Part shown: one piece after another, positions 23,732 through 36,613 of the stretch
Numbering within the stretch: the stretch's first letter is position 1
How the letters are laid out: each line of letters starts with the position of its first letter
Origin: Centroscyllium fabricii
Taxonomy: Eukaryota
Length of the DNA: 64,000 bases
Reading direction: 5' to 3'
Assembly: GCA_051313645.2 (NCBI GenBank)
Contig: JBNRSN020000001.1
Location: 337,714,001-337,778,000 of the forward strand
Notes under the pieces: model-generated
Databases searched by the model: none
Seen by the model: the letters and a program-made list of their open reading frames with translations, nothing else
Told to the model about the DNA's origin: nothing
Program-made: the position numbers and the translations under genes

Positions 23732-25047
23732 ATGTGTCCGTTATATCACACCTAGTTCTACAGAATTTCGCTAAGAAACATCTTACGACGATTTCGTGTT
23801 CGACCGACTTGCACAAGAATATCGTTCACAACACACCCCTAACTCTACCACAACCTGCTCCCCATTGTGAACAAATGGCCCAGTGATCGGCCTGTCACGG
23901 CTAACTGGGAGGAGCTGGGCAGCCGCGGGCTGAAGAGCCACGGCAGTGTCCATCGTCTCAGCACGACGGCAAGTGGTGTGTGCTGGGGTCACTGTTCACC
24001 CGTGTGCATTCACAGCGTCTCAGCCAGCAGTGAACACACGGTATCTGTGCAGCGCACCTACACAACTGTGCTCAAATACCCAACATGGCCTTCAATATGG
24101 TTTTCACACCTATACTTGGCTTCATGTGAATACTTTCCGTATATTCCGTTACATGGTCCCTTACTCCAAAGAAAATCCGATGTATCTCCCAGCAATAACC
24201 TGGTCGTGTAACATCAGCTGTAATACTGACAGTTTGGTGCAGGAACTGGTGGAAACTTCGAGAGAAAAAAGTGCGTGGGATCTTTAGAATATGACCCGAA
24301 GATCCCAAGCTCCGGCCGCGCTGTCTGAGCAATTCCTGTCCCAGGGAGAGAGAAAGGATCTCTGGCCCCTGTGGAAGCATTCTTGCTGCTTTGTACCTGC
24401 CATCTGGACAGATTAGTAACCAGCAGTATAACCCCGGTCTTCCGGCCGCGCATCGCACTTCGGAACTGGGCCGGAGAGGGTAGCTGCAGTATAGCTGCAG
24501 TCCAAAGGCAGAGGCCAGCCGCAAGTCAATTTCCAAACTGGGCGAGAGGGCGGGCGTAGATATCACAAGGAAAATGGTCAGTGAGGAAAAAGTTGGAATT
24601 TGCTGAAATCAATTCGATTTGGATTGAAAATAGAAAATTCGATTCTGGATCTCCGCATTTGTCCCTCAAACAACTCATTTTCTAGATTGAAGCGGTAACA
24701 GGGGAATTCCGTGCGGGCTATCCGCCGAAGTTACGGCGGCGGAGCGGGAGACGCGGCGAGCGGATTCCCATCCAACAGCAGGTCTACCCTGGATGGCGTT
24801 TGTGCATTTTCCTGCTCTCCTCCTCATCCTGCTACCCACTTACTCACAACATGCGGCAGGCGTCGGATTTTCCATAGCCAATATTAGGACGCAATCAACC
24901 TCAACCTGATCATTTGCTGCGCTCTGTATATTTTGCTGCTTACACGATATGACATTTCTTTCAACCGAATTGGATCGGAAATGTCCGTGGCTCTCACTAC
25001 ATCAACACCGGCAGTTGTGCCGAACAATTGCCGTTTGATTGTAGCCA

Positions 25048-25199
25048 TGATGTGGAGGTGCCGGTGTTGGACTGGGGTGGACAAATGCAAGAAGTCACAC
25101 AACACCAGGTTATAGTCCAACAGTTATATTTTTAAAAGTTTGTGATTTAAAATAAAACTGTTGGACTATAACCTGGTGTTGTGTGACTTCTTGCATTTG
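25048..25199. repeat. Hairpin remnant of a second Penelope-like family
   Basis: ~57-bp inverted arms CAAATGCAAGAAGTCACACAACACCAGGTTATAGTCCAACAG and its complement; homologous to 53868-54093. Confidence 0.75.
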
Positions 25200-25502
25200 A
25201 TTGTAACCTGCACTGGACAAGACGCTGGGGAACGTGTTCAAAGAACAGAACCAGTCGATGCGAATCGGGTTTAGTAAACTGAACGTGTCCAGAAAGCACG
25301 GGAATTTCAATTAGGTTAGGGTAAATTACTAACATTGATTAGCTAAGGCGGTTGGATGGATTTTAATTAGTATCTCACGCATCTGAATTGAGTTGACGGG
25401 AGTTCTAAGACGATAGGTTCGCGATGCCGGGGGCTCGTCCTTCACCTGCAGGATAAGGCGGGGCACCTAAAGTCAACATTCTGGAAAAACAAGCAAAGCA
25501 AA

Positions 25503-25994
25503 GGCCTCTTGCATTGTTCCACGGAAGCTCAGCGTAAACTCGAGGAACAGCACCTCATCTTCCGATTAGGCTTCAGCCCTCTGGACTAAACATAGAGTTC
25601 AACAATTTTACATCATAACCTCGGCCCCTACCACACTTTTATTTATATATTTCTCTTTTCTCAATCCACACTTTCGTCTGGGCTTTTTTCTTTACTCTGT
25701 CAGAGCCGTTCACACCTATCCAGAGCCATCCTGTGTTCCTTGAATTTCTCCGAATATCGCTTATCTGCCCCGCCTTCCAGCCTGTTTCTGATCTTTTCTT
25801 TGTTCGTCCAGCCCCTACAAGCTTTAAATCTAACCCCACCCCCAACCTTCCCGGCTCCTCCAGTTCTGACGAAAGGCCATCGACCTGAAACGTTAACTCT
25901 GTTTCTCTCTCCACCGATGCTGCCTGGCCTGCTGAGTTTCTCCAGCGTTTTCTGTTGTTATTTGGGATTTCCAGCATCCGCAGTATTTTGCTAT
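25503..25994 (+). mobile_element. Penelope-like element 3' portion: GIY-YIG endonuclease C-terminus, UTR, hammerhead (25862-25898), terminus
   Basis: GLLHCSTEAQRKLEEQHLIFRLG/QPSGLNIEFNNF (small deletion) is a characteristic Penelope ORF end, followed by CTGACGAAAGGCCATCGACCTGAAACGTTAACT. Confidence 0.88.
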
Positions 25995-27664
25995 GTGCAC
26001 ATGTGACCTAAACAGAGCAGCGCCCAAATGGAAGAATGGGACCGAAAGAGACCGACATGTGGACTGGAGGAGTCAGTGGTCACATGGTTATGTGTTACCC
26101 TGCTGGTTTCCTTCTCTTATTAGACTTTCGATGACAATATCCCACACTATCTATTGAAAGGAATGCCCCAGAGGCAGGCGCCCGACCTTTCGGCCTGTGC
26201 TCAGGTTCCCTTGGGAAATAATTGAACAGAAGTCCGTGTGGCAGGAACTGCCTTCGCACCGAGAAGTGAAGAATCGTTTTAAGAAACCGCCATATCCTCC
26301 TCCAAACTGACGTTCTCGGGAGTTGTACAAATTACGCCCAGTGCAACATCTGTCCAGAGGCGAACAACTCGGTTATCCGGATAGACTGGCTGATGGAAAG
26401 GGGGAGGGCGGGGTAAACAACACAAACCTGGAGACGGGCAGTGCAGCGTTACTCGGCAACACGCGGTTTTGCTGCTTTCGCCTCGTCTCAGCTCCGCAAA
26501 GGACGAGGTCCTCCCGCTACTTTCAATCAACATACCCGGCTTCATGGACTGGCTCTCCATGAATGACGCCCCCAAAATAAGAGTCTGCCCATTAAAGTGT
26601 TCAAATGTTATAATTGCCCGTCGGTTTTTAATATTGATTTCATGTCGCTAACACTTATTTGATGATAATATGGCTACAACACCCAATTGTTACCACGGGG
26701 TAACAATTCTAATTACTATTTGCAATTATAAGAAGAACGAACTGCCTCAAGTTATAGATTCCAAGTGGATTTAATTATCCTCGGTTCGAGCAGGTAAATT
26801 TCGCAAATTTCAATTAAGACAATTTAACATCCAACAGCTACACTGGAGGTAAAAGTACAATTATTTGAGTTGGCGGCTAACTGTAGGAAGAGTAGTTGCT
26901 GATTCCGTCCTCGCCGGATATAGCAAGTCAACCTATAGTGAAAAGCATTGAGTGTGGGTGGGTGGGCACTGGGACACTCCCAACAGTTCATTCACAGCCC
27001 GAGCTGCCAGCAACCAGACGCCTTTAAAACACGGATTGACGACTAGTTCGGTCTGAAAAGTGATCCGAGTTTATCCCGGCTCTAAACGGGAGAATTAACT
27101 TTGTAATCGTGTCCCTGTAATCCTTCCGGAATTTTCAGCTGGCAACTCGAGCTGCCGTTTTTCCCAATGCCAGTAATGATCACTGACACCTCTCCCTCGT
27201 TATCTATCGCCTCGGTATTTCAATTTCCCCACAATTATCACTTTCAGTTTATGACTTATACTTTGATTTGAAAACAGGATTTTGTATCAGAAATAATACT
27301 ATTCCACGCTTAGAGGGGAAATTAATTTCTATTTTGATTAACATTTACTGCCGACTTTTACTATCTCATTCTATAGTCCCCGTTAGCGATTTTTTCTCGT
27401 CAGTTAATTGTTTGATCCACTTTTTTTTCCCACATGCATTCGTGCCTTGTCGACATTTGTATTCTGAAATGTTGGAACATCTTATCAATTATCACTTGCA
27501 ATGGGCATCTTTTTCTTCTTGCATATCAGTAATGCAGTTCAACTTCCATTTATATCGCGCTTTTAACACTGATTTTAATACGCCAAGACATTAAAAAAAA
27601 CACCCAGCATGCGAGTTAAAAGACGACCAAAGGTTTTGTGGAGGCGTTTGAAAGTAAGGAAAGA

Positions 27665-27914
27665 GTCCAAAGATGTGCGGTTTAGGTTGATTGGCCAGGA
27701 TAAATTGACCCTTAGTGTTAGGGGGATTGAATATGTGGGGTTACGGGGATAGGGTGGGGTATCTATCGATCGGGATCGAGGGATATGGGGACAAGGCAGC
27801 GACAGGGTGCTGGGTTTGGATGATCAGCCATGATCTCATTGAATGGCGGAGCAGGCTCGAAGGGCCGAATGGCCTACTCCTGCTCCTATCTTCTATGTTT
27901 CTATGTTTCTATGT
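27665..27914 (+). mobile_element. 5'-truncated V-SINE with long CR1 tail
   Basis: GTCCAAAGATGTGCGG..GGTTGATTGGCC body and (TTTCTATG)n tail. Confidence 0.85.
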
Positions 27915-28184
27915 ACCCAAGTGTAGAAACATAAAGGAGTTCCAGAATAGAGGCTTGACCACTGAATGTGAGGAGAAAAGATGCCCAGGGCAGCGATGGA
28001 AGAGTGGAGAGTAACATTATCCCATAGGGCTGGAAGAGTTTGTACATCTAGAAACGATTTTGAATCGAATGTGTTGGGAGATGGGGGGCCACTGGAAGGC
28101 AGGAAGTGATAAGGCTGCATTGCATAGTAAGACCCGTTTACCTAATAAGGTGAAGCCCAACCCGCTTCACCAACCTTCAATGGC

Positions 28185-29032
28185 GCCACCATTCCCCCAC
28201 TGTCAATATATCGGCTATCAGCACTGACCTGAAGCTTAACTCGGCAACACTTTGGCTACAAGAGCAGGACAGAGGCTGAGGACTGTAAGGCCTGGATCAC
28301 ATCCAAACCCCCCTCAGAGCCTTTCCATACTCGACCAGGCTTAAGGAGTGTGATGGAGCACTCACCACTCAACCTTGGTATGGACAGCTGCAACAATACA
28401 CAAGATGCTGGGCTCCATCTAGGACCCAACACACTGACTGATCTGTGCTCAAATCACTGGGCTCAATATATCCACTGCCTCCACCATCATCGAATTGTGG
28501 CTACAGGGTAGACGAGAAACTCACCAACGTTGCTTCAACAACATCTGTTCCTGGGACTAGGGACAGGGTCACTGGAAAGGCTTGAAAGCTAAGCAGAGCC
28601 AGGCCTGGTTAGTACTTGGATGGGTGACCACCAGCGAATGCCAGGTGTAGAAGGTCACAAAAGGATTCCCAGGGAGGGGCGGTTGGCTGAAGATTGTTGG
28701 AAAGATGGAATGGCGGCATCTGGCAGCGACTTTGCTGGACTCTTGGGAGCTTGCAAGATCACATTTTATTGTATAATGACAATAAAGTTGAATTATTATC
28801 TGCCCCCATTGTTGCAACTTCCGGGAAGAACAAGAGCAGAAATGTTATAGCATATTATTGCCACCAGGGTTTCCTGTAAATTACTCACCATCCTGCCTTG
28901 GATATATAATCACTGCTCCTTCATCGGTGCTGCGTCAATTTCCATGAATTCCCTACCTAACACAACCAGAATCCAAACCATTCAAGAAGCTCCATCATCA
29001 CCTTCTCAGGGCAACTAGGGATGGGCAATAAA
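28185..29032 (+). mobile_element. Degenerate CR1/L2-group LINE 3' part (family of 3605-5653)
   Basis: TGGCTACAAGAGCAGG, GGAGTGTGATGGA and GGGCAACTAGGGATGGGCAATAAA blocks. Confidence 0.75.
28548..28797 (+). mobile_element. 5S rRNA-derived SINE (SINE3-like), copy 1
   Basis: AAGCTAAGCAGAGCCAGGCCTGGTTAGTACTTGGATGGGTGACCACC matches the 5S internal control region; tail TGACAATAAAGTTGAA(TTA)n; ATCTG duplication. Confidence 0.8.
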
Positions 29033-29375
29033 TTCAATTCAATTTATTTGTCACATGTACCAAATACAACAAGTGTAATCTAGACAGTGCTGGCATTGCT
29101 CCCATTCTGTGATGAATAAAAAGCGAGAGTGTGGTAGTATTTTGGACAAGTAGGAGTTCACGTAGGAATGAACTCGAGAGAATGTTAAGAATGATGGAGA
29201 TGATGAAGGTATGGCTGAGGGTTTAAGTGAGGGTGAGGGTGAGATCAGGACAGAGGTGAGTGAGACAGTAGAGGTGGAAATAGGCAGCTGTGGTGAAAGA
29301 ATAGAAGTTTGAAGCTCAATTTCATGTCAAATTGGGCAGCAAAGTCTCGGACCGTAAGATTCCGTCCAAGCAGGC

Positions 29376-29915
29376 ATAGAAACTAGGAGCAGGAGTAGGC
29401 CATTAGGCCCTTCGAGCCTGCTCTACCATTCAACAAGATCATGGCTGATCATCCAAACCCAGTACCCCGTCCCTGCCTTGTCCCCATATCCCTCGATCCC
29501 TATTGAGTCTGCACCGACACACATCCCACCCTATCCCCGTAACCCCACATATTCAATCCCCCCCGAACACTAAGGGTCAATTTATCCTGGCCAATCAACC
29601 TAACCCGCACATCTTTGGACTGTGGGAGGAAACCGGAGCACCCGGAGGAAACCCACGCAGACACGGGGAGAATGTGCAAACTCCACACAGATAGTCACAC
29701 AGAACTCCTATCTTCTATGTTTCTATACAAGGAGAAAGCGGCGGATTTACAAATGTCCAAAGATGTGCGGATTAGGTTGATTGGCCAGGATAAATTGACC
29801 CTTAGTGTTAGGGCGATTGAATGTGTGGGGGTTACGGGGATAGGTGGGATATGTGTCGGTGCAGGCTCGATAGGGATGAAATGGCCTCTATCTGCACTGT
29901 AGGGATTCTATGATT
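29376..29915. mobile_element. Two V-SINE fragments in opposite orientation (29376-29698 minus; 29756-29915 plus)
   Basis: V-domain and both tail types visible. Confidence 0.85.
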
Positions 29916-31836
29916 ACTCCGCCTTAGTTATAACTGTGGATAACAAGAACAGTCTCTCTGACTGTGAGAGTTGCGTTTTATTTGTGTTTAACGAAGCATA
30001 ATTGTGTGTCAGAAGTTACAATTCACTCCAGGGTTTGGGGACAATAAAGCATTTTGTCATTTTTGCCTTTCTTCAAAACCGCACACATTGGACATGTATT
30101 CGCGTGTTTCCAGAAGCGAACTGTTACGCATATATTAGTTAAAGTTTGAAATGGTTTAACATAAGAATTTTAGTTTTATAAAAAAAAGTTTTCATCACTT
30201 ATTCCGAAATCAGGAAATGACGCAAAGGATATTCAGACAGAGATCTGAAGAAGAAAACATTCGCAAAACCGACATCATGCAGCGGTTAAACCTTAAAACA
30301 AAGGAGAGGGAGGATTCGGGAGAGGAAGGTGGGAACTTGTGAGCGGGGAATCCAGGCCTCTCAAAGACTGGCATGTCGTGGGTGTCCCAGAAAGAAGTAG
30401 GCGAGTGGAGGTCTGATAAACGGAAATCCATTTGTTACCTGAAAGAGGCAGGACCTGCTTCGGCTGGCCAATATTGGCCGATTGAAAAGCCGGGGACAGC
30501 GGTTTAAGCTTAACATTTTCCACCAGTCGTCAGTAAAGACCTCAATATTTGCACGTTTGAATTCTGGTGGCCAAGCAATCGAGGCTGTAATTCGAGTTCT
30601 CATGTGTACTGTGCACACTCGGGCATCCCAACAAGGTATAGATTTTCTGCCCCAAATTTGGCATTTGCTCACCCCCCCTTCCCCACACGCAACAACAGTC
30701 CCCTGGCACCGTGCCCAATATGCACCGTTTACACGTTAGCCTGTTCAATGTGGGATTTAACAGGTCGCAGGCAGCACAGACGTTGGGATGGGGAGGAGGT
30801 TTCCACTTGGACAGCAATTAGGAGGAGCACGACGAACTCGAACGGATTTCCTCTTTCCCTAATCCAGAACCACTCAAGCCCATGTCGGCTCTACACTGTT
30901 GGCTTGACGACGCGCGAACTCAGCACAGGCCAGAGACGGGCTTTTGGGGATTTCTTGGGCCTTGGAGCACAATATGCAGCGCATTTAATCACAGAGCATC
31001 AAGGGAACAAAGCTGGACGTTTTTTTTAGCTCTAGTCTTCAAAGTTTGCAGTTTATTGCAGGCATTTATCAATTACATGGGTGCCGGACTAATATACCTG
31101 GGCGCACCGCCACACGGAATCATGGAGTGATCGGACACGGCTGCGTGCCCGCGATTTCCTGACCTTTGCCATTTTATGTAAAATACACAAAACGAAAGGA
31201 TTTCCACGAAGGCAGTGAGAAAAATCAATGTAAAAAAATAAAAAATTGGTTGTTCTTGCAATCCTTTGAGAAATTGGTTACATCTTCCAAGGCACAGCGA
31301 GACAGAACTCTTTTATTTAAAACCAATTACAAAAACACCATTACTTAAAACATTCACAAAAGAAAACAAAACCCCCACATTACCGCGCTTGAGCCGCGGC
31401 AAACTCCCAAACCCCAATGCCCACAAGGTAGGAGCCAAAGTTTCAAGCCCTCCTGCCCACAAGGCAGGGGTAAAAGTCACAAGCCCTCCTGCCCACAAGG
31501 CAGGGGTCACGACAAGTCCTCATGGCCGCAGGCAAGGGTCCAAACTCGCCAAGCTTCCTGGTCGTCATCGCCCGCCCATCCAGACACAGTGAGACAGAAC
31601 TGGGAGTGGGATACTTACTCCTCCTCCTAGGCAAGGAACGATGCCAGGCATCTGAGGAATTAAATTACGATTTCAATTGCGTTTTACAAAGGTTGCAAAA
31701 CAGCGAGCAGCAGCTGGAAGACTCAGTTCCAGATAGGTTTACATATTTTAAACCAAGCCATTTGGCCCATCGAACAATGCGAGTGTTTTTCTCCACATGA
31801 GCCACCTAACCTAATCTCAATCTCCTGCTTGCTCCC

Positions 31837-32106
31837 TGTGGTAAACCGTTTACCACTACTACTGCTGTATTGTATATAGTCTCTGTATTGTACATGGTTA
31901 CCTCTTGCCCACCTGAGATCTACCTGGGATGCCTCAGCCGGCTCCGCCTCCTGGCTCCACCCACAGGCGGCTGTATAAAGGTGGCAGCCCTGCTGACCTC
32001 GTGGCATCCCAGGACCTGATAGTGACAAGACCTGTACTCCAGTTCGTTGCTAATAACAGCCTCAGCTACTTCACTTCACCGACTCGTGGTAATTGATCGT
32101 GCATCA
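31837..32106 (+). mobile_element. Solo LTR (270 bp)
   Basis: TG...CA ends, perfect 5-bp TSD CTCCC (31832-31836, 32107-32111), TATAAAG near 31975, AATAAC poly(A)-like signal near 32052. Confidence 0.85.
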
Positions 32107-32123
32107 CTCCCCATACACTTCAG

Positions 32124-32260
32124 CAGTTCTGACGAAAGGTAATGGAGCTGAACCGTTAACTCTGTTTCTCTCTCCACAGATAATGCCTGACCTGCTGACT
32201 ATTTCCAACATGTTCTGTTTTTATTTCAGATTTCCAGCATCCACAGTATTTTGCTTTTGT
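32124..32260 (+). mobile_element. Penelope-like terminal fragment with decayed hammerhead
   Basis: AGTTCTGACGAAAGGT..GAACCGTTAACT plus terminus. Confidence 0.75.
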
Positions 32261-32936
32261 CTTACTTTAATATTCCGCTTCCGATTCCCTTTTAAAATAA
32301 ATTATGGACTTTGTTACAGTAATGAATCATGGTAGAGAATTACATATTTTACCTACTTCTGAAAATAAATATTTTCTAACTTCCCCTTTAATTCTTTTTT
32401 GTCGTCATCTTAAATTTGCACCCTCTAGTTATGTATTTACATATGCACAGATGTAATACTCAGTCTGAAAAATAAATCTATCCCTCTCCCCTTTTGTATA
32501 TTCCCCAGTCCTTTATCATTTCCCAGCTAGGAGGGAAGAGAGACAACCTGTTTCCAAGGCTCTGACAATTCTATTTTTAACCAGGTTTCCAGGAAATATA
32601 CGACAGCAGTCCAGGGAAGCATTGATTTTCTGTGGAGGAGCATAGAATTTGCTGTATGCTTCTTACAACTTCACAACCAAGATTGACAAATCATCTTGTC
32701 GGGAATCATGAAGAAAATCCTAAATCTTACCATTCTACTGGAGCACCGACATGCTGTTTTCTAAATCTTGTTTCTGTTGTTCTATTGTTTTGGGGGGAAA
32801 TGTGCTCAACACACTTCATTGACATCTTTAAAATATGTTCACTGCTGGTACAAAGTTTCCAGTAGCATTACTGCAATATTTTCATTTCAGTTGGATTCAT
32901 GATATACAGACAGCGACACGGACTACCAGTTCAGGA

Positions 32937-33331
32937 AACATAGAAACATAGAAACTAGGAGCAGGAGTAGGCCATTCGGCCCTTCGAGCCTGCTCCGCCA
33001 TTCAATGAGATCATGGCTGATCATCCAAACCCAGCACCCCGCCCCTGCCCTCTCCCCACATCCCTCGATCCCTATCGAGCCTGCACCGACACATATCCCA
33101 CCCTATCCCCGTAACCCCACATATTCAATCGCCCTAACACTAAGGGTCAATTTATCATGGCCAATCAACCTAACCCGCACATCTTTGGACTGTGGGAGGA
33201 AACCGGAGCACCCGGAGGAAACCCACACAGACACGGGGAGAATGTGCAAACTCCACACAGATAGTACCCGAGGCTGGATTTGAACCCGGGTCTCTAGTGC
33301 TGTGAGACAACAGTGCTAACCACTGTGCCAC
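32937..33331 (-). mobile_element. Near full-length V-SINE with long CR1 tail
   Basis: tRNA head, V-domain and CR1 tail on the minus strand. Confidence 0.9.
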
Positions 33332-33559
33332 CCCCAACTGGCAATTGTACTTGGTCTTATGTACTATTCTGCTAATTCAGGATCCTTTTCACACACATTA
33401 TCTTTAAAGGGGAAAACTAATTATTTCTTCTTTGCATATTGTGTAAATAGATGTAATGTAGCTGTTTATGAATGGAAAAACCTTACTGTTTAATATAAAC
33501 TCCATAGTAGGGTTTAGTGCTGATCACATTTAGTGTTGATGGCATGGTCAGCAGAACAT

Positions 33560-33935
33560 ACCACCGGGGGTGCACTCCCTATCTACACCAGGCGGTGCAT
33601 GACTAAGGCTAAGAAAGTCATTAAGGATCCGAGTCACCCGAACAACAGCCTCTTCTCACTGCTGCGGTCAGGAAAACACTACCGCAGCATTAAGACGAAC
33701 ACTGAGAGGCTTAGGAGGAGCTTTTACCCCCAAGCCATCCGGATCCTAAATGAGGACGCTGCCAAGGGTCAGTATACTGCTCCCTGACGATTGAATGCCT
33801 TTTTCTTCTTGTAATTATTATTTGTATTTATTGTTATCTGGAGAGCACAGGCATGGAGCTTGCGCTTAAGCATTTCACTACACTTTGTACATGTATAATG
33901 ATGTATGTGACAAATAAAGTAAACTTGAGTTACTT
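33560..33935 (+). mobile_element. Rex1/Babar LINE 3' end
   Basis: IYTRRCMTKAKKVIKDPSHPNNSLFSLLRSGKHYRSIKTNTERLRRSFYPQAIRILN plus TGACAAATAAA tail. Confidence 0.85.
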
Positions 33936-34032
33936 GAGTAAACTAAACTTGTTTATAGGATTCATATATGCAAACAATGTTTAGACAGAATATGAACTAT
34001 CTGTGTGGTGTATAAACATTAGCTTTATTTAT

Positions 34033-34490
34033 CAACCATAGCTCAGTGGTAACACTCTCACCTCAGAGTCAGAAGCTTGTAGGCTCGTTCCCCACTTGAG
34101 AGACTTGAGCATGTAATCTAGGCTGACACTTCAGTGCACGACTGAGGGCGTGCTGCACTGCTGGAGGTGCGGTCTTTCTGAAGCAAGGCCCCATCTTCCC
34201 TCTCAGGTAAAAAAATCCCATGACACTATTTGTAGAAGATCTGGGGAATTCTCCCTGATGTCTTGGTCAATATTTATCCCACAACCAACATTATTGAACA
34301 AAAAAAAAAATGATTATCTGGTCATTTAACTCATTTCTCTTTGTGGGACCTTACTATGTGTTAAATGGTTGCTGTGTTTCCTGACATTACAACAGTTACT
34401 ACACTTCAATGGTACTTCATTGGCTGTGAAGCACTTTGGCACATCCTGAGGTTGTGAATGGTACTACCTGTACATCGATGCAAGTGCTTG
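34033..34490 (+). mobile_element. Deu-domain SINE (SacSINE1-like)
   Basis: tRNA-like head and Deu-domain core colinear with 39530-39988. Confidence 0.78.
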
Positions 34491-34510
34491 TTTCCTTTCA
34501 TTCTTTCTTA

Positions 34511-34906
34511 TGGGCGGCATGGTGGCGCAGTGGTTAGCACTGTTGTCTCACAGCTCTGGAGACCCGGGTTCAAATCCAGCCTCGGGTACTATCTGTGTGG
34601 AGTTTGCACATTCTCCCTGTGTCTGCGTGGGTTTCCTCCGGGTGCTCCGGTTTCCTCCCACAGTCCAAAGATGTGCGGGTTAGGTTGATTGGCCATGATA
34701 AATTGACCCTTAGTGTTAGGGGGATTGAATATGTGGGGTTACGGGGATAGGGTGGGATATGTGTCGGTGCAGGCTCGATAGGGATATGGGGAGAGGGCAG
34801 GGGCAGGGTACTGGGTTTGGATGATCAGCCATGATCTCATTGAATGGCAGAGCAGGCTCGAAGGGCCGAATGGCCTACTCCTGCTTCTAGTTTCTATGTT
34901 TCTATG
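34511..34906 (+). mobile_element. Full-length V-SINE with long CR1 tail
   Basis: GGGCGGCATGGTGGCGCAGTGG..GGTTCAAATCC head, V-domain, tail. Confidence 0.9.
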
Positions 34907-36059
34907 TTATAGCTAACCTCATAAAACAAACAATCTATTGAAACAATTGTGGAAGACACAAGGGGTTTATGCAGTGAGTACTGAAGCCACATAGACAAAG
35001 AAGAGCTGAGGTTCAATCCCCAAGCTATGCCATTAACTGATCGCAGCCAGAATGGTGCTGGGTGGGATAACTGGACTCAGTCAGCATCCTATGAGAAGGA
35101 GGGAAACAAAAAAATTGGGCTGGGTTTCCCACTCCCCGATTGCCGATTGGAAGTGTGGGTCTGGATGTTTCACAAGAAAATGATTAGGCTCGGCTGTGCT
35201 GCTCCCCATGACAGAACAGCTGCACACACTAACTAGCAAGACACTAAAAACAATTATTGCTGTATGGTGAAAAACTAGGGGCCAACAAGTGCACTTGGAA
35301 CCATACTCCATGAAAGATTCAACCATTTCTGGAGAGAAGAGGGGGGAAGAAAGAGAGAAATAGTAACTTAATTATTTTCAGACATCTGCTATTATTCACG
35401 TATAAAGAGGAAGAACTTGTATTTATATGGTGTCTGATCAGAAACATCTCAAACACTTCACATACACTGAGCTACTTTGGAAGTGCAGTCACTGTTTTTA
35501 TGAATGTAAACTGTGCAGTCATTTCATGCATAACAAGGTTCCAGAGAGAGCAATGGGATGAAATACCAATCAATCTGGTTTTTGGTAGTATTTGTTGAGG
35601 AAAGATGGTTAGCCAGGACACTAGGAGAACATAGAACAGGAGTAGGCTATTTAGCCCCTAGGTTCTACTAGATCATGGATAATCTGTACCTCAACTGCAT
35701 TTATCTGCTTGCTCTTGTTCAAATAGTGCCTTTAACATCTATCTAAACTATGGTAGATTGTACCTCAACTTAATGTCTCCCCTAAAAGATGGCACCTCCA
35801 ACAATGCAGCATTCCCTCAGTACTACACTGGAAATGCCAGCTTAGAATATGTGATCAGGTCCGAGAGCAGGGTTTGAATCCAACACTTCCTGCATCAGAG
35901 GCAAGAGTGGCTCTTTCACTAATGCACAACATTCAATGGGGACCTTCCCAAGGTAAATGCATCACATGATGTGGCACTGAGTCATACAGTCCAGGAAGAT
36001 TCCAGATTCGATCTCTGACCCGTACTGAGTTTGACAGTCTCGGATAGGAAGGCGGTGGT

Positions 36060-36613
36060 CATAGAAACATAGAAACTAGGAGCAGGAGTAGGCCATTCGG
36101 CCCTTCGAGCCTGCTCCGCCAATCAATGAGATCATGGCTGATCATCCAAACCCAGTACCCCGCCCCTGCCCCCGCCCCACATCCCTCAATCCCTATCGAG
36201 CCTGCACCGACACATATCCCACCCCATCCCCGTAACCCCACATATTCAATCCCCCTGATACTAAGGGTCAATTTATCCTGGCCAATCAACCTAACCCGCA
36301 CATCTTTGGACTCCCACTTTGGTCATAGAAACATAGAAACTAGGAGCAGGAGTAGGCCATTCGGCCCTTCGAGCCTGCTCCGCCATTCAATGAGATCATG
36401 GCTGATCATCCAAACCCAGTATCCCGCCCCTGCCCTCTCCCCATATCCCTCTCGAGCCTGCATCAACACATACCCCACCCTATCCCCGTAACCCCACATA
36501 TTCAATCCCCCTAACACTAAGGGTCAATTTATCCTGGCCAATCAACCTTCCCCGCACATCTTTGGACTGTGGGAGGAAACCGGAGCACCTGGAGGAAACC
36601 CACGCAGACACGG
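36060..36613 (-). mobile_element. Two tandem 5'-truncated V-SINEs
   Basis: Units at 36060-36311 and 36324-36613, each beginning at the CR1 tail; GGTCA at all three junctions. Confidence 0.88.

Noticed and set aside
28585-28650. 5S rRNA gene
   Set aside because: Lacks the 5S 5' part and terminator, and sits in a TSD-flanked SINE present twice.
30361-30672. Protein-like ORF (WPPEFKRANIEVFTDDWWKM)
   Set aside because: No recognisable family and no supported exon structure.
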